From Oopsacas minuta (lineage: Eukaryota > Animalia > Porifera), in contig JAKMXF010000022.1 in assembly GCA_024704765.1 (NCBI GenBank), forward strand, positions 372,001-436,000: a DNA stretch of 64,000 nucleotides, in the 5' to 3' direction. The position numbers and the translations under genes were made by a program. Positions 1 to 10,100 of the stretch are shown piece after piece. Each line of letters opens with the position of its first letter. Within the stretch, counting starts at the first letter, position 1. The notes beneath the pieces were generated by a model, which worked only from the letters and a program-made list of their open reading frames with translations, was not told the DNA's origin and did no database searches.

Positions 1-2285
1 AAAACAAAGCATAAGCAGATAGAATATGCCACACGTCATGTGTGTCGTAGAATCCCCATAACACACAGTCTCTGTTCATTTCTTTAGATACTACAGTACC
101 CAAGGACCAATTAGTTACTGGATGTGAGTAAACACTGAATGCTATAATCCAAATAGCACAGCTTAATATCCCAATTGAGATTGTTACTACTAACACACCA
201 GTGTTATATCTGTATTCCCTTTTGATTACTTTCATTAGCCAGTAATAGCAGAGATAGAAAAAGAAGTTTCCAACAAATATTCCTAGAAGTATAGTCACCA
301 TTTCCAGCTTGGGTATGAATATGAGACAGCAGGCGCCACACAAGTTAATACCCAAAACAAAGCATATGTGTATAACGCGATGTTTGTTGTGATTAGGCCA
401 GAATACACGATACACTGATTGTCTCCGTGTAAACACGTCATGTATCGTGAATATTATAAGAGAAGCATTTCCGAGATAATATAGGTTTATTAGTAGCGTT
501 AGTGTGATTAGAAATACGAATAAAATGTATATAGTCCGTATACAGTAGAGGAATGATGAAGATTCGAATGCATCTAATAACGATAGACAAGTAAATATTC
601 CTAGTAGGAGAATGAATGTGTGAGAGGATAGGTTTGAGCCTGCATGTCTGTAAGTGTAGAGTTGTAGGATAATTAGCAATAAACTCACAAACATGAATAG
701 GGTGTCATATTTATAGTTACCCGCGTTAGGACAGGCGTGATACAATGCACTCATAAATCCCTCTGTTATCATACTACATCCCATGGCTAGTTCTAGTCCT
801 ATGTATTTGTCAACCCCTCTCTTTGCTGGAAGGTTATCTCTGCTATAGCGAGCAGCAACGATTAACATAAACAATACCCCGAGTATGACAAATCCACTAT
901 TGCTCCATACATTGTTAAACGCGTACAAATTGCCCAGACGTGAAGCACATCTTGCATTGTAGAAACAGAAATCTAGATCTCCTTGTTGTAGAGCTATTTG
1001 TTGTTTCAGGAACGTGCTCTGTAATGCTGGTATACAGAAGAACAAGCAAATAGAGCATAAACCCCAAACAAAACGCATATACTTCTTATCCAAATAATTA
1101 TTAGAAGGATCAGTCAAACTTTGTTTAGTTTCTAAATTCCAACTTAATTCTGAAAATAATTCCTGATAAGTTCTCTTCTTTTCTTCGAATTCTTCTCTGT
1201 CTTTCCGAGATAATAGATCAGAACATTCTTCACAGCTTTCTGTGGCAAAGAAGATTAATACAAATCTTGGATTCTTCGAATGCATAAATTTCTCAAATAT
1301 GAAAATTAAGAAGAACACTAGATACATCGGAGCGAATAAACAAGGAAATAAACAAATTTTCACCCAAAAATTATTCTCAAATTTGTTTTCATTTTCTTTC
1401 AAAACAGTAACATTCAATTTAATATGTGTATTTTGATTCTCCGAGCTTGACTGAATATTACAGATTTTTGGATTCACGAGCTTCAAAACTAGGAAGAACT
1501 CATTACTCCCGTTCCATTCATTCAATGGTATATATGCAAACTTCCTCATAAGAAAATGCTCAGTATTTTCAGCTAGCTGAGAACCAGGTACAGGTGGATA
1601 ACTATCATGATGTATCTCTCCTCTAATACAATAAATATCTTCTAAGTATATCTTAATATTGAGATGAGAATGGTTATTAGTTTGATAATCATCTTTGCTA
1701 CGAAGAATATTGTTGATAGAAGAATAGTATAATAGTAGAGGAGAGGAATAAGCTAACGTCAAAGGAGGGGTCGAAACACCATCTTGTAAGAATAAGTAAT
1801 CTACAGAAAAGTAATTGAAAGAATTAAATATTATACACGTAAATATTTCTAATTATATACTTACCTATACTTGAAAATATAATTTGATACATAATATAAT
1901 TAACAGAGTGTGTAATTAAGACAACATCCACCTCTTCAGTATGATTATTCTCTAATTTACTACAACAAATAGTATATTTTACAGAATAGTGTAATCTCTC
2001 GTCTTCTGTATAAGGCAGTGCTAATGACACAGTACGAACTCCATACAATATTAATACGAACAGAGGCATATTCTCACTGGTTGTATTATCGATCTTTATT
2101 AATAATTGTATCGTATCTTTCCGCGATAAGTTCAATTTGTAATTAGTTATGTAACTTTCGTGGAGAATCGACTTGTACAATGTATCTAGCCTGACTTCTA
2201 CATATTTCCTGTTATCTTGATTGCAATAACACAAACTGAATGTAGAAATAATTATTAGAATTGGAAAGACTACATTAGTCGCCAT
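1..2285 (-). CDS. SIDT: SID-1 transmembrane family protein (SIDT1/2-like), 3' end outside window
   Basis: Exon 1 2285-1865 (signal peptide, from track ORF), 64-nt GT-AG intron 1864-1801, exon 2 1800-<1. Hand translation gives GDLDFCFYNARC, AFNNVWSNSGFVILG, EGFMSALYHACPN, YDTLFM and GFYDTHDVWHILSA, all SID-1 motifs. Absent from the ORF track, probably because the frame runs off the edge. Confidence 0.93.
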
Positions 2286-3075
2286 ATTTCAAGCTTCCTG
2301 CCAAGCCTCAATTTAATATATACTGGAGTTCACACTATTTGTATATATAGCTATTACAGTCATGAAACCTTTGTCCACATGCTATGAGCTCATTTATTCA
2401 GCAAGCATTATGTAGAACACGAATCCGTTGGAAGGAAGTTGTTCACCCCGTTACCAATGTTAGTATTTCGGTTGATAACCTGGATTAATCACTAACATAT
2501 TAGTTTGTAATGATTCTTATTGTATATGTATAGCTTATAACAGTGGACGCTGGAACGTTTGTATTGACGATATTAATCTGTCACTTCATCACTACAAAGA
2601 AGATTGGAAGAGATGTCGTGAATTCTGTTCAGCTGTCCCTGTCTCTAAAGCAAGTGCTGCGGTCAGTTTACACTTAATTCATCTCTTAATAGGGCGGGGT
2701 TCGGGAATTAACGATTTGCCTAGTTGTTTTTTCAGGCTTAAGAGTACTTTCTCTAGTAGTAAGTTAGCGGTATTAGCAAGGTAAATGTGTGCAAAATTTG
2801 AATGAGCTAATGTCTTATAAAATATACTCAATATTAATTAATAATATGTAACTTGTTATTCGATAAGTTATATACTATTAGAATTACGTAAAGAAATCGG
2901 ATCTGTTGTTTTGGAGGTTTAGGTAGATCTTACAAATAGACAATTTAATTAGAAATTTACATTTGGATTATGAGTTCATCCTCTCGTGTTGTTATGTAAT
3001 TTTTATACAAACTAATCTGACAGAGAGATGGTTAGGTTATAATGGTATACACGTAATTAATATTAGAAACTTTTA

Positions 3076-3095
3076 ATATAAATGGCGGAAATCCA
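3076..3095 (+). promoter_or_regulatory. Possible promoter element (YY1-like AAATGGCGG) between divergent genes
   Basis: aaatggcggaaat about 210 nt upstream of the 3293 ATG; single motif match only. Confidence 0.25.
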
Positions 3096-3292
3096 GTTCA
3101 TAGAAAACTCGCTAATGAAACCCGTTTAGCTCAAATTACTTTATTCCAAGGGAAACCTGTATGACAATGCGTGCAGCGTATATCCGATAATATACTTGAA
3201 TTAATTTCCTTCACACAAAATGGACGAGATTTCCATATAAGGTACAGTTATAGTTGTACATGTACGTGATATCTTATCATTTTTAATTAGTG

Positions 3293-3937
3293 ATGAAACT
3301 ATCCTTCAATTTTTGTATAATTTCACTCTCTCTCCTTTACAATGCATTCTGCTGGACTGACAAATCTCCTCCTATGCTAAGTACTCATTTCAGTGCGAGA
3401 ATGCGACCCAGCAAGATTTTTGAAAATACTAATGCCGCTGGGCTTAGCTCTTTAATTTTCATGAACTTAACTAAATACGATACCAATGATGACCTCATGA
3501 TATCAGAAATCGACTCTATCCCTTCCAATGAATCACATATCCTATACCAGTCCTACATGAATGGAAGAGAAAAGAAGGCTTATTTCATATATGAAGGAGA
3601 ATGTTATACTGAAAACATTGATGACATTTCACCTGGATTCTATATAGTGCCCAGCTTCATATCATTAATCTTTATTAACTTTTTCAATGAAGTTACCCCT
3701 ACACTCACTCATACCCTCAAAGAGTGTACATACCATAAATCAGTAGATTGTGAAGGTTGGACTGCCGTCGATACAGATGGTTCTAAGGATAATATTACCG
3801 TATTCATACATGGATCTACAATCTTGCATTATTATATAGGGCTTTCTTCTGGCGAACCTGCCATATTCGATGATTTTAAAATATGCAAACAGACAATTGA
3901 TAAATTTGAACCTCCAAAAGCTGCTAATTGCGACTGA
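3293..3937 (+). CDS. Secreted ependymin-related (EPDR/LolA-fold)-like protein
   Basis: Intronless ORF (ATG at 3293, after the GTG the track used); signal peptide; PPML..HFSA near the N-terminus, AYFIYEGEC, C-x-x-W (DCEGW) and C-terminal FDDF...KFEPP...C resemble EPDR spacing. Family call is by eye. Confidence 0.55.
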   Translation: MKLSFNFCIISLSLLYNAFCWTDKSPPMLSTHFSARMRPSKIFENTNAAGLSSLIFMNLTKYDTNDDLMISEIDSIPSNESHILYQSYMNGREKKAYFIYEGECYTENIDDISPGFYIVPSFISLIFINFFNEVTPTLTHTLKECTYHKSVDCEGWTAVDTDGSKDNITVFIHGSTILHYYIGLSSGEPAIFDDFKICKQTIDKFEPPKAANCD

Positions 3938-4071
3938 TAGTATCTCTAATTAATTGAATTTATGTACGTATACGTATAGAATTAGAATATCTTTAACGTA
4001 TACAAGTATATATTATTACGGTGGAATTGTGAATACCCAATAGAAAATGTTCGAGGTTTGTATCCTTACAG

Positions 4072-4661
4072 GTTTCTGGCTACACTGGCATTCACTTAGC
4101 ACAGCTGCAAGGACTGATATTGCAATGCAAAGCAGAATGTTTGGATAAAATAGAAACAGTAGAGGGTGTAAATATTAAGAATCTATTAGGAACACTGCTT
4201 GGGTATATCCAGTACTGTTATTTTAGAAGTAAGTATGACGTAGTTGATTATTTTGAGCTGAAAGATTTCATTATACATTCTGTTCTATAAAGATGATCAA
4301 ATTGAAGAAGGCTATATAGCAGCTATAACTTGGAGAGCTTTGGATTTCTCAGATCATAATGCTGAATCAGCTGTAGATTATTATCTCACGGAAACAGACA
4401 TCCTGCCTATGAAATTTATCCCAATAGAGGTGAGATTCCGTGTGAGAATTTATGCTAATTTTTCCGGGGCTATGTATAATTTTATCTTACCTTCTATAGG
4501 AGTATATGAAGATGAAGGAATTGAGTGAAATAGAAGCTAGACTATTGACCTATTATCTAACTAAAGAATTTCAGAAGAAACAGGGAAAAAGAGGGGATTA
4601 TACTCGCGATTTAAATCATCTTAAGACAGTATCTCAAGGGAGAGTCAGAGATGAGTTTTAA
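4072..4661 (+). CDS. Spliced ~150-aa protein with a UBA-like segment; 5' exon uncertain
   Basis: Exons 4072-4228, 4293-4429, 4500-4661 joined by 64- and 70-nt GT-AG introns with matching phases (1, 0); open through to TAA 4659-4661. IEEGYIAAITWRALDFSDHNAESAVDYYL resembles a UBA domain. The start may be ATG TAC at 3962. Confidence 0.7.
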
Positions 4662-4852
4662 TTAGTTGACTTGTTTATCTGTATAAATTGGTAATAAGAT
4701 ATTCTGATATTAACTACAGCTCTGTCAGTACTTTTCTTTAAACAACCAGGCCACCTGATTGTCTGGTTAATATGTGTATAGAATTAAGTATATAAGTTGG
4801 CAATCTTAACATTTAATATTTTGAATATATTTAACTAAATAGCAATAATAAA

Positions 4853-4984
4853 ATGGGTGAGACTATTCATACTGTTCTAGTGAGGGATGAGAGACCTGCT
4901 CATTTGTTACATTGTATCATAACCTTATTCTGTCCTTGGTGGATATTCGTGTGGATACTAATGTGCTGTTGTTATGGATGTTAA
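4853..4984 (+). CDS. Cys-rich membrane microprotein, copy 1 (43 aa)
   Basis: MGETIHTVLVRDERPAHLLHCIITLFCPWWIFVWILMCCCYGC*; paralogous to copies at 5795 and 6191, with many synonymous third-position differences. Confidence 0.8.
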   Translation: MGETIHTVLVRDERPAHLLHCIITLFCPWWIFVWILMCCCYGC

Positions 4985-5118
4985 GAAGTTATTCTAGTTA
5001 GAGAAGACTAGCCTTTCCTCTAAACATGAATATTAGTGTGTTGTGATATGTATATCTCATATTATTTGTATTTACATCAGTATTTTATTCATTATATCCA
5101 AACTATTCTTTCAATATA

Positions 5119-5594
5119 CTAGTATACGAGCCTTTGGCTCGTCGCTTCGCGATGAACTCGGCTCATTGCGCCTCGGGTTATTCAACGGACAAACAAACAG
5201 ATAAACAACAATTGATATTTAATAATATTGATGTTGTTTACAATATTCAGATTCAGCATACTCGATTACCCCAATATAGCCGTTGAAAGTATAATTCTAT
5301 TTCAATTTTGAAATGTTTTTTTTATATTCATAAAAACAACAATAAATTTACATATGAGAAACTTGAAAATCGAAATTCTGATTCAACGTACTTAGTTACC
5401 ACTGAATTGCCGTTTGGAGCAAGGCTGTACGTATATTTTGAGATTTGGCTAATTGTTTACTTTATATTCATAAAAACAACAATAAATTTACATATGATTA
5501 ATCCAAAAGTGCGATCATCGGAGTCACTAAAAATGTTCGACATATTTAGTGCAGTTTCATTGAATAAGCAACAATTGAGATTTAATAATATAGA
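5119..5594 (-). mobile_element. Non-autonomous Helitron
   Basis: On the minus strand it starts A|TC at 5594 (a second A|TC-type end at 5231) and ends with hairpin CGAGCC-AAA-GGCTCG followed by CTAG|T at 5119. Internal 37-bp direct repeat at 5321 and 5461. Homologous copy at 46835-47461. Confidence 0.75.
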
Positions 5595-5794
5595 TTATTC
5601 ATTAAATATTTGTATTTTCAATAACATACTTTGTCCATGGCTGACAAGTTTAGAGTTAAAAAATATATATAATAAACTACCTAATAAGAACATTATTCTA
5701 GTCCCGAGAATATTCTAAGGTTGATGTGTTAACGACCAAAGTTAGTATTTACCAATTTTAATATACAACATATGTACTCAATTAACAATATAAG

Positions 5795-5919
5795 ATGGGA
5801 GAAAGAACTACATTGTGAGGGATGAGAGGCCTAATCATCTGTTACACTGTTTAATTACAGTATTCTGCCCATGGTGGGTGTTTGTATGGCTACTGGTGTG
5901 TTGTTGTTATGGTTGTTAA
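5795..5919 (+). pseudogene. Cys-rich membrane microprotein, copy 2, frameshifted near the 5' end
   Basis: IVRDERPNHLLHCLITVFCPWWVFVWLLVCCCYGC* is intact, but ATG 5795 is out of frame (ATG GGA GAA AGA ACT ACA TTG TGA) and the correct frame has TAA at 5791-5793. Confidence 0.65.
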
Positions 5920-6190
5920 CTGTTTCTCACAAGTATAAAAGCTCTCTTTAGTTGTTAATTATTTTTATATGACATATATGTGATGTGGAAATAATTATTA
6001 TATTAAACGATAATATTTAAGTATTACCTTTAACTTAATTTTAATAATCTCAGATTATACATATATTGATATATTGTCATTCTAATAAATACAACAATCT
6101 GTGATTTATTAATGATAACTAACTCAATAATTAATATTCCCTTATTCTATGAGCCAACAGTAAATCCCAGCATACAGCTATAATTGTCAG

Positions 6191-6334
6191 ATGGGAGAGA
6201 CAATTAGTGCACAAGTTAAAACTGTCCTACTCAGAGATGGTAGACCAAATCACCTGGTACACTGCTTGATCACACTATTCTGCCCTATTTGGGTATTCGT
6301 GTGGCTCTGTCTTTGCTGTTGTTATGGTTGTTAA
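6191..6334 (+). CDS. Cys-rich membrane microprotein, copy 3 (47 aa)
   Basis: MGETISAQVKTVLLRDGRPNHLVHCLITLFCPIWVFVWLCLCCCYGC*. Confidence 0.8.
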   Translation: MGETISAQVKTVLLRDGRPNHLVHCLITLFCPIWVFVWLCLCCCYGC

Positions 6335-7116
6335 TTAATACTGCAGTTACTTCACTATTTTAGTTACTAATTGGTTTGATTTATATCATAGATATGGTGT
6401 CATTTTGTAATAATATTGGTTATATTTTTATATTATTTTGGATGTATAATTAAAATTGATATTTCTTTACTAATGATAACTCCAGTAGAGTGTCACTACA
6501 GGAGACTTCTGATCTGTGGTTTCTTCTTAACGATAATACACTGTATATACTTATACAGGGATTGTCTACAATTCTACATATATCAACCTTACCTGTTCAT
6601 AACGGCCACTTGGTTCCAGTCCTTTTGGAGACCGTAACTTGTCATATAGATAAATTCTAACGTAATATACTCGTAATAACATTCATATCCTAGCGATTTC
6701 GTTCAACGGCTAGTTTTAAGGGTAATGGATTCTGAAATGGACCTCAAGAAGCAGGGCAGCTAAACGATCTCGACGCCCATCGAGCGGCGCCTAGGGAACG
6801 TCCTCCGGTTTCCCTCAGCGACGCCCCTGTCAAGGACGACTGACCTGTCCAACCAAAACATCTAAGGTACTACAGCTGTACAAACAGTGTATGTATATTA
6901 ATGGACTCATAAAAATAAGTATTCTATAAGTAAACTAGTAAGAATACACCAAAGACAATAATATACTAGGAGACAGGAAGTCTAGTACCATTCATGTGTT
7001 TAGTAATAATAATAATAATAATGTTATATTTATACCATAATAAGATAATTACTAGCACTTATGATTAGAAATTAGAGTAAATGTGCCTTCACAGATCAAC
7101 TAAACTGCACCAGACA

Positions 7117-10100
7117 TCAGTTTCCTATGTCTTTATATGCTTGCGTGTTACCTATTCAAAAGCTATATACAAGGGAAAGATAGGATATAAAATAATTCTA
7201 AAATATGAATACATTTATACTTACCCTGTAGAGCTTCAATCGCGAAGAACCTGACATCAGGATCTGTATCTGTTTTCATAATTTCCAAACACGGCAGTAC
7301 TTTACTCTTTATTAATCTAATACACAAAATATATAATTACTAGTAGCAATAGCTGGACATTCGTGAAATTTGAACTTACGATTGTTCTAATTTCGGCTTC
7401 ATTTTTATTAGTGTTTTGGATGTATTGAAACGTACATTAGCAACATTGTCAGTAGCCAAATCAACCACAATAGGAAGGAATGTGTTATTTACACACTCAG
7501 GAGTACAAACCAGGCATAAGTGCTATAAGGAAAAATATTTAATCAAATTACATTTTAGAAAATGAATATATAATATCGCTAATAATTATGAATATCTTAC
7601 GTTAAATGCGAATAATGTAGTCATTCTGTGTAGATAGTTAGTGTCTTTCACGAGGGCGATCACTTGAGGTAAAAGAGTTTCCTAGCACAATGAGATAAGA
7701 ATCATAAGATTAATACTAGACAATAATATATTAGATTACTACCTCTCCCCATTTGGGACTGAATTTCTCGACTAGCTTTTTGAGATTCTCAATACCAGCT
7801 TCGCGAATGGAGTAAACTAGAAATATTTAACAAATCATAAAGAGACAATTAACTGATAATAAAACTCGCAATTATAAAACTTACCATTATCAATAAGCCA
7901 ACTCAAACAGAGAGCTGATAATTTCTCTCTAAATACTTCAATTCCCTAGAAATATTTCGTATTAACCTAATACGACCGGGAAAATGTGTGATTTTACGAC
8001 GTCGAAAAGGTGCTAAAATCTCAAAAGTGATGTTCCTTTTCGTTATAAATGTAACACTTCGGCCGTAATTGGTTAATCTCTTCGTAAGATATGCATTTAG
8101 AAAACTAAATAGTATAGAACTTACCAATTGTTCAGCTAATAGTGGCATATACTCTATGATAGCCATTCTTACTCGCCATTTGGAGTCATTTGCAAGTTCA
8201 ACAATAGCAGGTAAGAGAGATTGAGATAGTTGTGTTATCCCAATAACTGAAATAGTAAAATAAATAAATAATAATTAAATAAAATGTATAGAAGTTATTT
8301 ACCTTTATTGACGTGTTCTAGACTTGATATTATATTCAATCGAACTTCAGGGCACTAAGTCAAATAAAAATTTTAAAGTAAAGAATTGCTTTACTCTAAA
8401 TTTATCTATAATTACCTCATCCTTCAAAAGTGCAAGATAAATTTCTAATAGATGTTCAATCGTCCTGTAATAGGATAGATTATAAATAGTATAAACAAAT
8501 TAATTAAAAATAGAAGAATATATATATAACTCACTGATCTTTTCCTACAAGAGGAGATAGTCCCATTATAACTGATGCCAGAGCTGTTTTAACGTGTTGA
8601 TTCGCATCTTTAGCCAACGACTAATAAAAATTATTAAATGCGTATTTTGTTAAACATTGTAAACATCTAATGTTAGGAATTTACATAAAGCAACATGTCA
8701 ACAGCAAAGTTAATCATAGTTGGTCCTTGCAAATCTGGAAAGACCTACTTTGCCAATTTTCTTGCTTCCTCGACAACTGCCTCTTCAGGCGAGTACTATC
8801 CCACGAAAGGAGTTCGTATTCTAGAATTTTCTTCTGCTACAAATCTCCCACAGACTGGAAAGCCTGTGGACTGTGAGATAGAGCTTTGGGACTGCAGTGG
8901 AGACAGAACATACGAAGCCTGCTGGCCTGCGATAACGAACGGAGCTCAAGGTGTGCTGCTCTTATACAACCAAGATCAGTTCGAAGCATATGAAGTGGAA
9001 TCTTTCTACAAAGATTTTGTGGGAAAGATTGGCTTGAAAGAATATCAGTGTCTCCTTATAGCGAACAAGAAGTCTAGCGTACAAGGAAGAACTATACCCT
9101 CTCCTATCCCCAATGTTAAGCAGATCCATACTGATTTAGGACAGGATCCTGATTATGTGAGAACAGAGTTTAACGAGTTTCTAGGTAGGATATTCTCTGG
9201 AATTAAGAATGTACAGGACCAGGAAGAACTAGGGATTGTAGGAAATACTCAGTGAGGAACGTGGATAAAACTTTACATAAAACCAGTGTCTATTATAAGA
9301 GCAACAAAATCACTTATTTGTTAAGCTAATTCCATACAAATTGATATACTTGCTATGCTGCCCTGATACTAGCTCTTTTCTTGCTATCTCTACATATTAC
9401 TAGCTATATATGTATAAGGTTGTAAAGGATTTCCTTTTACCTTTGAATTATTATTCGATTAAATAAACGCTTTTATAGTATTTCTTAGTCATTTAATACT
9501 GTAAATCTTTGTCCTAATTCCGCATTCTAAATTGCTAGAGAATACAAAGTTAGACAGCTGGTAGTACCTGAAGCTATACACACAAATGACTCCAGAAGCC
9601 CAAAGGTTTTCTCATTTTTTGAAGAATGGCTAGTTAACTACCTGAAATTCACATATACGGATTCAGATAACGTATATTGTATATTTAAAGAGCCAACTTG
9701 GAACTGAGGTCATTATTTATCAATGAAATTCAATTCATTCATTGCCAAAAAATGTAAACTCAGATTTTGTATAAAAATTTTTGTGAGTTTGGTTTTTATT
9801 ATATTTTTGTTTCTGATATACAAATCAAGATATTCAGGTGAAGACTTAGGAGAAAAACCAATATTTAGACGCACTTTAAAGAGAGTGCTAAAAAGAGAAG
9901 GCATTAGCTATCATATGTTTGGAAATGAAAGTGATATTGAGGTAGTTAGGCAATTGTGGGGTAAACTTAATGATTCACAAATTCAATACTATATTCCTGA
10001 GTCAAGAAACATAATGGATAAAGCCAATGTAAAATCAAATAATCGAAAGATTTATTATGAGGGAAGAAACATAACAAATATTCTTCATAATTACAAAATA

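Noticed and set aside
1242-1436. 64-aa + strand ORF
   Set aside because: Antisense shadow of SID-1 exon 2.
4340-4528. 62-aa ORF as a stand-alone gene
   Set aside because: It is an internal exon of the UBA-like gene read through the intron 4430-4499.
4735-4785. Possible fourth microprotein copy (QPGHLIVWLICV*)
   Set aside because: Too short and lacks most of the conserved core; could be chance.
5308-5718. 136-aa ORF
   Set aside because: TTG start, overlies the Helitron internal repeats, low-complexity AT-driven composition.
6416-6637. 73-aa + strand ORF
   Set aside because: Non-ATG start, no recognisable motif; splice signals here favour the minus strand.
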